A DNA stretch of 64,000 nucleotides, taken from assembly GCA_943787445.1 (NCBI GenBank), contig CALSML010000025.1:1335-65334 (forward strand), in the 5' to 3' direction. Below the pieces are notes generated by a model. It was given only the letters and a program-made list of their open reading frames with translations. It was not told the DNA's origin and ran no database searches. The stretch's first letter is position 1; each line of letters begins with the position of its first letter. Position numbers and translations under genes: made by a program. Source of the DNA: an uncultured Alphaproteobacteria bacterium. GTDB taxonomy: Bacteria; Pseudomonadota; Alphaproteobacteria; UBA6615. Below are positions 9,183 through 18,634 of the stretch, piece by piece.

Positions 9183-9962
9183 CTAAACGGTCGTCCAGCC
9201 CCCGTCGATGGTCAGGCTGGCGCCGGTGATGAGTTCGGAGGCCGGGGAGGCGAGAAAGACGATCGAGCCGGTGACATCGGTGATCTTGCCAAGGCGGCCC
9301 ATCAGGATGCGATCCATCACGAATTGCTTGAACTCCGGATTCTCGAACATGGGCGCGGTCATCGGGGTTTCGATGAAGGTCGGCCCGATGCAGTTGCTGC
9401 GGATGTTCTGGGGTGCGAGTTCCGCAGCGATGGCCTTGCTCATGCCTTCGATGGCGTGCTTGCTGGCGCAATAGACCGTGCGATTCGGGGAGCCCACATG
9501 TCCCATCTGGGACGACATGTGGATCAGCGAGCCACCACGTCCGCCCGCCAGCATGCGCCGCGCGGCGGCCTGGGCGACGATGAACATGGACTTGATGTTG
9601 AGATCGAGCAGGAAGTCGAGATTTTCCTCCGACACGTCGACGAAGGGTTCGGGCCGGTTGGCGCCGGCGTTGTTCATCAGAATGTCGATCCGTTCCAGGC
9701 CCTCGATCTTTTCGGTGACCTGGGCAACATCGGTCACATCGCAGACGATGGGGGTGGCCTTGCCGCCAGCGGCGCGCACTTCCTCGACTACCGCTTCGAG
9801 TTCGGATTGGGTGCGGCTGACCAGCATGACTTCCGCGCCGGCTTCGGCCAGCGAAAGCGCGGCACCGCGGCCAAGGCCGCGTCCGGCACCGCTCACCACT
9901 GCCACAAGGCCGTCCAGACGAAGGGACGGGGTTTTCAGTTCTTCAGTCTCTGCCACGCTCAT
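9183..9962 (-). CDS. Short-chain dehydrogenase/reductase
   Basis: SGAGRGLG, NNAG, SSQMG, YCASK, IDGG. Confidence 0.93.
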   Translation of the reverse strand: MSVAETEELKTPSLRLDGLVAVVSGAGRGLGRGAALSLAEAGAEVMLVSRTQSELEAVVEEVRAAGGKATPIVCDVTDVAQVTEKIEGLERIDILMNNAGANRPEPFVDVSEENLDFLLDLNIKSMFIVAQAAARRMLAGGRGGSLIHMSSQMGHVGSPNRTVYCASKHAIEGMSKAIAAELAPQNIRSNCIGPTFIETPMTAPMFENPEFKQFVMDRILMGRLGKITDVTGSIVFLASPASELITGASLTIDGGWTTV

Positions 9963-10111
9963 GTCTCAGGCTTCCTCTTGGATAGGCTCATTTCTTGTGA
10001 ATGCATTCTTGCATTCCATTTTTCGAGCGACCATAACCGACGCCAAGTTCGGTTGTAAGACCGGCAATGACGTTTCAATTTTTACGATCAGAATAGTCGA
10101 GGGAACAATCC

Positions 10112-11140
10112 ATGGCGAAGAAAGCGACGGCAAAGAAAACTGCGGCGAAGAAGCCGGCTGCAAAGAAGCGGGCTTCATCGAAGAAAAAGCTGCTCACCAA
10201 GGCAGACGTGATGCGCAAATGCCGGCAGCTCAACAACTGGGGCCGCTGGGGCAAGAATGACGAGCTGGGTGTGCTCAACTACATCACCCCGGAGATGATT
10301 GCCGATGCCGCCAAGCTGGTGAAGAAGGGCAAGGTTTTCCGTCTGGGTCTGAACCTGGATGAGAACGGCCCGCAGAACGGTCTGTTCGGTGGTCGCTGGA
10401 ACCCGATGCATCAGATGCTGGCAACCGGCACCGATGCGGTGCAGGGCATTCAGGAGCCTCTGGCCGGCATGCGCTATGCGGATGATGCGATCAACCTGCC
10501 GACCCAGTGCGCGACCCAGTGGGACGCGCTGGCCCATGTCTTCACCGATGACAAGATGTGGAACGGCTATGACGCGACCCTGGTCGATGTGCGCGGCGCC
10601 CACAAGAATGGCATCGAGCACTTCGCCGACAAGATGGTCGGTCGTGGCGTGCTGCTCGACGTGGCCAAGATGAAGGGCAAGAAGCGCCTGGCCGATGGTG
10701 AGGAAATCACCATCGCGGATCTGGAAAAGACCGCCAAGAAGCAGGGCGTCGAAGTACGCCGTGGCGACTTCGTGATCTTCAACACCGGTCAGATGGCCGA
10801 TTGCCTCGACAAGGGTGATTGGGGTGGTTACGCCGGTGGCGATGCGCCGGGACTAGCCTTCGAAACCGTGGACTGGATTCACAAGAAGGAAATCTCGGGC
10901 ATCTGCTCGGACACCTGGGGCATCGAAGTGCGTCCGAACCGCGCCGTACCGGGCATCAACCAGCCCTGGCACTGGGTCACGATCCCGCATATCGGTATTG
11001 TGCATGGTGAAATCTGGTATCTGCGTGAGCTGGTTGAGGATTGCGCCGAGGATGGTGTGTATGAGTTCTTCCTCAGCGCACCGCCGCTGGTGATCACGCG
11101 CGGCACCGGTTCGCCGATCAATCCGCAAGCGATCAAATAG
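10112..11140 (+). CDS. Cyclase/kynurenine formamidase-family metal hydrolase with Lys/Ala-rich N-terminal tail
   Basis: NWGRWG.NDELG.LN, QCATQWDALAH, GRGVLLD, GEIW.L.EL, GSPINPQAIK. Confidence 0.88.
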   Translation: MAKKATAKKTAAKKPAAKKRASSKKKLLTKADVMRKCRQLNNWGRWGKNDELGVLNYITPEMIADAAKLVKKGKVFRLGLNLDENGPQNGLFGGRWNPMHQMLATGTDAVQGIQEPLAGMRYADDAINLPTQCATQWDALAHVFTDDKMWNGYDATLVDVRGAHKNGIEHFADKMVGRGVLLDVAKMKGKKRLADGEEITIADLEKTAKKQGVEVRRGDFVIFNTGQMADCLDKGDWGGYAGGDAPGLAFETVDWIHKKEISGICSDTWGIEVRPNRAVPGINQPWHWVTIPHIGIVHGEIWYLRELVEDCAEDGVYEFFLSAPPLVITRGTGSPINPQAIK

Positions 11141-11163
11141 CACGCAAAAATTTATGTGCTTTG

Positions 11164-11200
11164 GGGGCCACGTTCCGATGGAGCGTGGCCCCTTTGTTTT
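11164..11200 (+). terminator. Intrinsic terminator after first cyclase gene
   Basis: GGGGCCACGTTCC-GAT-GGAGCGTGGCCCC-TTTGTTTT. Confidence 0.75.
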
Positions 11201-11272
11201 GCTAGACTTTGATTATAAGAAAAATCAGCCCGGGTTGCGGGCCATGCCAATTCACACCGGGGGAGACCTGAC

Positions 11273-12256
11273 ATGCATCGTTATGACGATCCGAAATTCC
11301 AGATGGACATGGACACCATCAAGGAAAAATCCGAGCGCAACAAAAACTGGGGCAAATGGGGCCCCGACGATGAGTGGGGCACGATCAACTATGTGGGTGA
11401 CGAGGAGCGCAAGGCCGCGGCCCAGCTGGTGAAGCGGGGCGAGGTGTTCGCACTCGGTCTCAATTTTGACAGTGACGGTCCGCAGAACGGCCTGTTCGGT
11501 GGTCGCTGGAACCCGATTCACACCATGCTCGCGACGGGCACAGATGCTGTTGCCGGAAAGCAGACGGTTCCGGGTAAGAAATACGCCAGCCAGTACGCCG
11601 ATGATGCTGTCTCGCTGCCGCTGCAGTGCGGCACCCAGTGGGATGCGCTGGGCCATGTCTTCAACAACGACAAGATGTGGAATGGCTATGACGCGACCCT
11701 GGTTGGCGCGAATGGTGCGGAGAAGAACGCGATCCACAAGATGCGCAACAAGATGGTCGGTCGCGGCGTGCTGCTCGACATCGCGCGCTGGGCCGGGGTC
11801 GATTCCCTAGATGACGGCACCGCGATCGATGCCGAAGACCTGAACGCCTGTGCCAAGGCGCAGGGCGTGGAGATCAAGCGCGGCGATTTCGTTATCTACC
11901 GGACCGGACACATGGAACGTTGCCTGGCCGCGGGTGAGTGGGGTGGATATGCCGGCGGTGAAGCGCCGGGCGTGTCGTTCCACACCTGTGACTGGATGCA
12001 CGACATGGAAATAGCCGCGATTTGCGCCGACACCTGGGGCTGCGAGGTCATTCCGAACGAGACCGATGATGTGTTCCAGCCCTGGCACTGGATCGTGATT
12101 CCGCAGATTGGCATCACCATGGGCGAGATTTTCTATCTCAAGGATCTGGCCAATGACTGTGCGGAAGACGGCGTCTACGAGTTCATGTTCGTGGCACCGC
12201 CGCTGCCGATCACGCGAGGCGTTGGTTCGCCGATCAATCCGCAGGCGATCAAGTAG
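11273..12256 (+). CDS. Cyclase-family metal hydrolase, paralogue of the preceding gene
   Basis: NWGKWGPDDEWG, QCGTQWDALGH, GRGVLLD, GSPINPQAIK. Confidence 0.88.
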   Translation: MHRYDDPKFQMDMDTIKEKSERNKNWGKWGPDDEWGTINYVGDEERKAAAQLVKRGEVFALGLNFDSDGPQNGLFGGRWNPIHTMLATGTDAVAGKQTVPGKKYASQYADDAVSLPLQCGTQWDALGHVFNNDKMWNGYDATLVGANGAEKNAIHKMRNKMVGRGVLLDIARWAGVDSLDDGTAIDAEDLNACAKAQGVEIKRGDFVIYRTGHMERCLAAGEWGGYAGGEAPGVSFHTCDWMHDMEIAAICADTWGCEVIPNETDDVFQPWHWIVIPQIGITMGEIFYLKDLANDCAEDGVYEFMFVAPPLPITRGVGSPINPQAIK

Positions 12257-12360
12257 CTCCTGCGACAATTATGTAACGGATGCGGGCGGTTCCGGGGTTG
12301 CCGGGGCCGCCCGGCCTGTTTTAAGACACTGCGAAATTCAGCCAACCGAGGAAGAGTGAA

Positions 12361-13674
12361 ATGGCCATCAAAATCCTGAAAGAGGGTATGGATTCCGAAG
12401 CGACGGATGAAGCCGACGCCAAGGTTCGAGACATCGTTGAAGGCATCCTCGGTGATGTAAAGTCCCGCGGCGACGCTGCTGCCCGGGAACTCTCGGAGAA
12501 GTTCGACAAATGGTCGCCCGAAAGCTTCCGTCTGTCGGATGCGGATATCAAGGCGCTGATGGACACGCTGTCCGAGCAGACCATCGAGGATATCAAGTTT
12601 GCCCAGACCCAGGTCCGCAACTTCGCGCAGATCCAGAAGGATTCCATGAAGGATGTGGAGGTCGAGACGCTTCCCGGTGTGACCCTGGGCCACAAGAACA
12701 TTCCGGTGAACAGCGTTGGCTGTTACGTGCCCGGTGGTCGTTATCCGATGGTGGCCTCGGCCCATATGTCCATCGTGACCGCCAAGGTGGCCGGTGTGCC
12801 GCGGGTGATCGCCTGCACCCCGCCGAATGAAGGCGGGCCCCATGCCGCGACCATTGCGGCGATGCATCTGGCCGGTGCGGATGAAATCTACTGCATGGGT
12901 GGTGTGCAGGCTGTGGCCGCCATGGCCCTGGGGACGGAAACCATTGATCCCTGCACGATGATCGTTGGCCCGGGCAATGCCTATGTGGCCGAAGCCAAGC
13001 GTCAGCTGTATGGCAAGGTGGGGATCGATCTCTTCGCTGGTCCGACCGAGGTTCTGGTGGTTGCCGATCACACGGCGGACGTGGAAATGGTTGTGGTCGA
13101 TCTGCTGGGGCAGGCCGAGCATGGCCCGAATTCACCAGCGGCGGTCATCACCAATTCACGCGAACTGGCCGAAGCCATTCCGGCCGAAATCGAGCGCCAG
13201 CTGAAGATTCTGCCGACTGCCGATATCGCCTCGGTGGCGTGGCAGGATTACGGCCAGATCATCCTGTGTGACACCCGCGAGGAAATGCGCGATGAAGCTG
13301 ACCGCATTGCCTATGAGCATGTGGAAATCCTGACCGAGGACCCACGCTGGTATCTGGACAACATGACCAATTTCGGCGCGTTGTTCATTGGTCCGGAAAC
13401 CAATGTTGCCTATGGCGACAAGGTGATCGGCACCAACCACACGCTCCCCACCAAGGGGGCGGCGCGCTACACGGGCGGTCTGTGGGTCGGCAAGTTCATG
13501 AAGACCTGCACCTATCAGCAGATCACCGAAGAGGCGAGCGCGCTCGTGGGTGATTATTGTTCGCGTTTGTGCGAGGTCGAGCGCTTTTGGGGACACAAGG
13601 AGCAGGCTGATCTTCGCTTGCGTCGCTATGCAGGTCGCAATATCGGTATAGGTTCGACAGACGCTGCCAAATAG
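12361..13674 (+). CDS. Histidinol dehydrogenase-family protein, non-canonical (HpsN-related, probably catabolic)
   Basis: [48 protein letters not shown]; no his genes nearby. Confidence 0.85.
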   Translation: MAIKILKEGMDSEATDEADAKVRDIVEGILGDVKSRGDAAARELSEKFDKWSPESFRLSDADIKALMDTLSEQTIEDIKFAQTQVRNFAQIQKDSMKDVEVETLPGVTLGHKNIPVNSVGCYVPGGRYPMVASAHMSIVTAKVAGVPRVIACTPPNEGGPHAATIAAMHLAGADEIYCMGGVQAVAAMALGTETIDPCTMIVGPGNAYVAEAKRQLYGKVGIDLFAGPTEVLVVADHTADVEMVVVDLLGQAEHGPNSPAAVITNSRELAEAIPAEIERQLKILPTADIASVAWQDYGQIILCDTREEMRDEADRIAYEHVEILTEDPRWYLDNMTNFGALFIGPETNVAYGDKVIGTNHTLPTKGAARYTGGLWVGKFMKTCTYQQITEEASALVGDYCSRLCEVERFWGHKEQADLRLRRYAGRNIGIGSTDAAK

Positions 13675-13693
13675 ATTTTCTCGTTACGGAACT

Positions 13694-13724
13694 AAAAAAG
13701 GGCGGCCTAAGGGCCGCCCTTTTC
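13694..13724. terminator. Bidirectional intrinsic terminator
   Basis: AAAAAAGGGCGGCC-TAAG-GGCCGCCCTTTT. Confidence 0.85.
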
Positions 13725-13743
13725 ATAATCACGGTAGCTAAGG

Positions 13744-14829
13744 CTACTTGATGACGTAGTCATGAACGGGCTTGGCGCCGTTCTCTTTTGCCAGAGCATG
13801 GAGACGCTTGAAGGTGGCTTTGCCCGGGAAACCGAGCTTCTCGTATTCAGCAGCCTTCTGGTTGACCCAAGGCTCAATAGCCTGGGCCATCTTGTTGCGC
13901 TCTGCAGAGCCGAGATCGCGAACCGTCACACCTTGCTTCTTGAGGTTCTCGAGAGCTGAGGTGAACTTACGCACGCCTTCGTCTTCAACTGCCTCGTTGT
14001 AGACATGGGTCTCTTCCATGATAATCTTCTTCACGGAATCCGGCAGCTTAGCCCAGGTCTTGTTGTTTACTGTCATTGGATAAGCAACAACCGAACCCCA
14101 GCCCATGGTGGTGTAATATTTGGCCACTTCACCAAACTTGAAGCCGAAATACGGCGCCGGAAAAATCACGACACCCGAATACACACCCGACTGCAGGGCG
14201 TTGTAAACCTCGTTCAAGTTGGTCTGAACCTTCGAAGCGCCGGCATAGTCAAGCCAAGGCAGGTTCGGACCGGCCGCACCGATCTTCACACCCTTGAGCT
14301 CTTCCATCTTGGTCCACGGGAACTTCGTGCCTAGGCCGTAATCGTCGAATGCACCATTGGCGATATAGGTTTGACCGTATTGATCAAAGATCTTGGAGAA
14401 GTAGTCGAACTCCTTGTGGATCTGACGCGTGGTCGGCCCCATGATCTTCGGATCGCCCGAGATGAACGGATTGAAGTAGTTCAGGTTGTGGACGAACAGC
14501 TTAGTCGGCTCGAAGCAGGAGCACATCAGACCGATATCAACGAGACCTTTCTGGGTAGATTCGAGAGTTTCAAATAGGTTCGACATAGTGCCGCCGTAAC
14601 CTTCGATAAAACGAATCGTATGATCAGTTTCGGCTGCCACGCGTTTTGTGACATTCGGTACGAAGGTCTTGTTGGCCTGATTCACACTTGCTAGCGGTGC
14701 CGAAGGATGGCCGGCAGCGATACGAATGTTGAAGTTGTCGGCGCTAGCCGAAGTTTGGGCCATGACCAAACCTGCGGTCAGGACGCCAGCCGTTAAGACG
14801 GACTTTGTAGTCATTGAGTTGAGCTTCAC
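13744..14829 (-). CDS. TRAP transporter substrate-binding protein (DctP family), copy B
   Basis: Signal peptide, IAAGHP, EVYNALQSG, VNNKTWAKLP. Confidence 0.88.
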   Translation of the reverse strand: MKLNSMTTKSVLTAGVLTAGLVMAQTSASADNFNIRIAAGHPSAPLASVNQANKTFVPNVTKRVAAETDHTIRFIEGYGGTMSNLFETLESTQKGLVDIGLMCSCFEPTKLFVHNLNYFNPFISGDPKIMGPTTRQIHKEFDYFSKIFDQYGQTYIANGAFDDYGLGTKFPWTKMEELKGVKIGAAGPNLPWLDYAGASKVQTNLNEVYNALQSGVYSGVVIFPAPYFGFKFGEVAKYYTTMGWGSVVAYPMTVNNKTWAKLPDSVKKIIMEETHVYNEAVEDEGVRKFTSALENLKKQGVTVRDLGSAERNKMAQAIEPWVNQKAAEYEKLGFPGKATFKRLHALAKENGAKPVHDYVIK

Positions 14830-14984
14830 CAGGTTTCTCCCTTGGCAATTCTGTTATGGCCTGTTGGCCTGATTGGTTTTTGGGAACGCACTCGATAAGC
14901 ACTGATGACAGTGTGAAGGGGATCGACGGCGGTGTGAAGCATTTTTCGCGGCGGATCGCGGGGATGTGTGCGGGGCACAGGCAT

Positions 14985-15014
14985 AAAAAAGGGCGACCCG
15001 AGGGCCGCCCTTTT
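14985..15014 (-). terminator. Intrinsic terminator between the two SBP copies
   Basis: AAAAAAGGGCGACCCGAGGGCCGCCCTTTT, near-identical to the terminator at 13694. Confidence 0.8.
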
Positions 15015-15034
15015 CCAAATCAGTGTAGCGGAGG

Positions 15035-16117
15035 CTACTTGATCGAGTAGTTGTGAACGGGCTTGGCGCCGTTCTCTTTGGCCAGCTCGATCAGACGATT
15101 GAAGGTGGCCTTGCCCGGGAAGCCCTGTGCTTCGTACTCGGCAGCCTTCTCGTTGACCCAGGGCTCAATGGCGAGGGCCATCTTGCCACGCTCTTCAGAG
15201 CCGAGATCGCGAACCGTCACACCCTGCTTCTTGAGGTTCTCAAGAGCCGAGGTGTATTTACGGACGCCTTCGTCCTCAACAGCGGTCTGGTAAACGTCCA
15301 TTTCTTCCGTGATGATCTTCTTCACGGAATCAGGAAGCTTGGCCCAGGTCTTGTTGTTCACGGTCACCGGATAGGCGAGGACCGAACCCCAACCCATTGT
15401 GGTGTAGTACTTGGCCACTTCACCGAACTTGAAGCCGAAATACGGAGCCGGGAAAATCACGACACCGGAGAACACGCCGGACTGCAGGGCGTTGTAGACT
15501 TCGTTCAGGTTGGTCTGGACCTTCGAGGCACCAGCATAGTCAAGCCAGGGAAGGTTCGGACCGGCAGCACCGATCTTCACGCCCTTGAGCTCTTCCATCT
15601 TGGTCCACGGGAACTTCGTGCCCAGGCCGTAATCATCGAATGCACCGCCGCCGATATAGGTCTGGCTGTACTGATCGAAGATCTTGGAGAAGTAATCGAA
15701 CTCCTCATGAATCTGACGCGTGGTCGGACCCATGATCTTCGGATCGCCCGAGATGAACGGGGTGAAGTAGTTCAGGTTATGGACGAACAGCTTGGTCGGC
15801 TCGAAGCAGGAGCACATGGCACCAATGTCGACCAGGCCCTTCTGGGTGGATTCGAGAACCTCGAACAGGTTGGCGATCGTGCCGCCGTAACCTTCAATGA
15901 ACCGAACGGTGTGGTCGGTTTCGGCCGCCACGCGTTTGGTGACATTCGGAACGAAGGTCTTGTTGAGCTGATTGACAGTCGCAAGCGGAGCGGCCGGATG
16001 ACCAGCAGCGATACGAATGTTGAAGTTATCAGCAAGAGCCGAGGTGGTGGTCGCAGTTGCTGCAACAGCCATCAAGCCGGCCGCGGCAAAACTCGCGAGG
16101 TGTGTACGTGCTTTCAC
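15035..16117 (-). CDS. TRAP transporter substrate-binding protein (DctP family), copy A
   Basis: Mature region nearly identical to 13744..14829. Confidence 0.88.
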   Translation of the reverse strand: MKARTHLASFAAAGLMAVAATATTTSALADNFNIRIAAGHPAAPLATVNQLNKTFVPNVTKRVAAETDHTVRFIEGYGGTIANLFEVLESTQKGLVDIGAMCSCFEPTKLFVHNLNYFTPFISGDPKIMGPTTRQIHEEFDYFSKIFDQYSQTYIGGGAFDDYGLGTKFPWTKMEELKGVKIGAAGPNLPWLDYAGASKVQTNLNEVYNALQSGVFSGVVIFPAPYFGFKFGEVAKYYTTMGWGSVLAYPVTVNNKTWAKLPDSVKKIITEEMDVYQTAVEDEGVRKYTSALENLKKQGVTVRDLGSEERGKMALAIEPWVNEKAAEYEAQGFPGKATFNRLIELAKENGAKPVHNYSIK

Positions 16118-16548
16118 AGAAAATCTCCCTTGAACAAAAGTCTGTTTTTACGAATCAACAAAACGTTGCTGCTCGACTGAGCGGTACTCCATTTATGATT
16201 CGGGCGCAGAGAAGCAGGATTTACGCGTAAAAGCTAGAGACCAACCCGTATTTGTTCATGTTTTTGGCTCCGACTCGCATCTTTCGCCCAAACAACCGTT
16301 TTTTGTCTCCCGTTTGTGGTTGTTCCGCTTCGGTAAGGAACAGCCTGTGCGGGAAATATGGCGAGATCATCACGCGGCTTTGATCGAAAGAAGGCAATCG
16401 GAAGACAAAAAAGGGCAAAACTTCACGATCGTGGATTTTACATAGGCGTGCAGTCTGCTAACTTCGCCCACGGATTCGCACGGGAGGGTGCGATTCCAGA
16501 TTTTTGCATCGGCGTTGAGACCATCGCAGATGCTACAGGGAGGACGAT

Positions 16549-17085
16549 ATGGTCGATCGGGTCGTTTATACTGTCACGCGCGTTTGCAGCACGATCGCTG
16601 CATTCTGGGCTTTGGCACTGGCATTTTTGATTCTCTATGACATTACGGGTCGAACATTCTTCAATCACCCCTTTGATGGGACCATTGAGATCGTGGCCAA
16701 TTCGATGGTGTCGATTCTGTTTCTACAGATGCCATACACGATCTATCGCGGCGCGCATCTGCGTACGACCGTGATCTATCAGAACCTGGGCTCACTTGCC
16801 CGGCGCCTGACTGATATTCTAGTTGCGGTGCTCGGCGTCTGGTTCTTCCTCTCGATTGCCTATGGCGGTTACGAGGACATGATCATTGGCTGGAACGTCG
16901 ATGAACGTGAGGGCGAAGGTTCCATCCGCGTTCCTGTCTATCCGGTCCGAACCCTGATCTTCATTTTCGCGCTGGTGTCGGCCTTCGTGTACGGCGTGTT
17001 GCTGGTGCATTTCCTTACAGGTGGTCAGGCGATCACCGAAGAAGAAGAAGGCAAGCACGAAGCCGTTTCGGGCTCGCAGATTTAA
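16549..17085 (+). CDS. TRAP transporter small permease (DctQ)
   Basis: Four hydrophobic segments, DITGR..FNHP..GTIE, H-L-R motif. Confidence 0.85.
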   Translation: MVDRVVYTVTRVCSTIAAFWALALAFLILYDITGRTFFNHPFDGTIEIVANSMVSILFLQMPYTIYRGAHLRTTVIYQNLGSLARRLTDILVAVLGVWFFLSIAYGGYEDMIIGWNVDEREGEGSIRVPVYPVRTLIFIFALVSAFVYGVLLVHFLTGGQAITEEEEGKHEAVSGSQI

Positions 17086-17155
17086 CTTATAGAAACCACA
17101 ACCCGCTGGCCGCCTGATCTGGGCGCCGGATAAACGGGACAAGGGGGCGTTTAAA

Positions 17156-18529
17156 ATGGATCCAACCTCAGCCGTACTTTTGATGCTGGTCGTGCTGATT
17201 TTTGCCGTTGTTGGCGGAATTCACATTGGTCTTTCTCTCGGTGTCAGTGCCCTGATCGGCACCTGGCTCATGTTTGGCACGTTCGGCAGTCTGGACGAGG
17301 CCTGGCAGGGCTACACACTGGCTTCCGGCCAGGTGGGCAGCACGTCGTTCTTCGCATTGCGCGATTTTGTGTTCGCCGTCATTCCACTCTTCGTGTTGAT
17401 GGGTGAGTTTGTCAGTCGATCCGGATCTGCGGGTGACCTATATCGTGTGATGAACTTCGGCCTGAAGCGCATCCCGGGCCGCCTCGCCGTTGCGACGGTG
17501 GCCGGCAATGCGGTCTTCGCCGCTGTGACCGGCACGAGCCTCGCCTCCGCCGCCGCGTTCTCGCGTCTGGCCTATCCGGAGATGATGAAGGCCGGCTACA
17601 ACCGCAAATTCGCACTGGGTTCGGTTGCAGGCAGCGCCTGTCTCGGCATGCTGATCCCGCCCAGCGTGCTCCTGATCATCTGGGGCATTGTGACGGAAAT
17701 TTCGATCGGCTTCCTGTTTTTGGCTGGTATCTTCCCGGGCCTGCTGCTCGCGCTGCTGATGGCGTTTTATTGCTCGGGCTTTGCCATGTTCAAGCCGCAT
17801 ATGGCGCCGGCTGTCGATCTTTCCGATGAAACCCTGACCCGTCAGGAAATGATCAGTGGCGGTGGTGTCATCTTCCTGATTGTGGCCGTTCTGGGCAGCA
17901 TCTGGGTTGGCCTGGCCACCCCGTCCGAAGCTGCCGCTCTGGGCGCGCTGTTCGGTCTGGTGCTTGCCCTGATCAAGGGCGTGCGCTGGGAAGGCATCCG
18001 CGAATCCATTATCGACTCCGGTAAGGTGATCGCGCCGATCCTGTTCCTGCTGCTGACGGCGCAAATGTACTCGCGTCTGCTGACCACCGGTGGTGTCGTC
18101 AACCTGATCACCGAATCGGTGGGCGGTGCGGGGATCGACCCGAATATCGCCGTGGTCATGATGATCGTGATCTGGCTGGTTCTGGGAACGCTGCTCGATT
18201 CCGGTTCGATCATTCTGCTGACCGTGCCGATCTTCTGGCCCATCGCGCAGAACTTCGGATACAACGAATACGCCTTTGCGATCATCGGCATTCTGGCGAT
18301 TGAGGCTGGTCTGCTGACCCCGCCTGTCGGACTGCTGGTCTACGCTGTGAAGGGGTCTGTCCCCGACAGAACGGTCCAATTGGGCGAGATTTTTGCGGGC
18401 TCGATACCATACTGGCTGTTGATCCTCGTGGTCATGGTGATCGTCTGGCTGGTGCCCGATCTGGCCACCATTCCGATCACCTGGAGTTCGGATATCCAGT
18501 TTAATCACCAAATCGGAATCTTCCGATGA
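17156..18529 (+). CDS. TRAP transporter large permease (DctM)
   Basis: IPLFVLMG, FAAVTGTS, LGMLIPPS, TPSEAAA, GLLTPPVG. Confidence 0.93.
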   Translation: MDPTSAVLLMLVVLIFAVVGGIHIGLSLGVSALIGTWLMFGTFGSLDEAWQGYTLASGQVGSTSFFALRDFVFAVIPLFVLMGEFVSRSGSAGDLYRVMNFGLKRIPGRLAVATVAGNAVFAAVTGTSLASAAAFSRLAYPEMMKAGYNRKFALGSVAGSACLGMLIPPSVLLIIWGIVTEISIGFLFLAGIFPGLLLALLMAFYCSGFAMFKPHMAPAVDLSDETLTRQEMISGGGVIFLIVAVLGSIWVGLATPSEAAALGALFGLVLALIKGVRWEGIRESIIDSGKVIAPILFLLLTAQMYSRLLTTGGVVNLITESVGGAGIDPNIAVVMMIVIWLVLGTLLDSGSIILLTVPIFWPIAQNFGYNEYAFAIIGILAIEAGLLTPPVGLLVYAVKGSVPDRTVQLGEIFAGSIPYWLLILVVMVIVWLVPDLATIPITWSSDIQFNHQIGIFR

Positions 18530-18634
18530 ACTGAACACCCGTTCGGGTTAGAATTGCGGCGGCATCTTCGAATGGAGATGCCGCCGTTTTCGTTTGTGCG
18601 AGACGTGTGAACCGGAAAGTTTGAAGGAAAAGCC

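Noticed and set aside
9999-10008. GAATGCATTC palindrome between the SDR and cyclase genes as an operator
   Set aside because: Only 10 bp, and no cognate regulator in the cluster; too weak to call.
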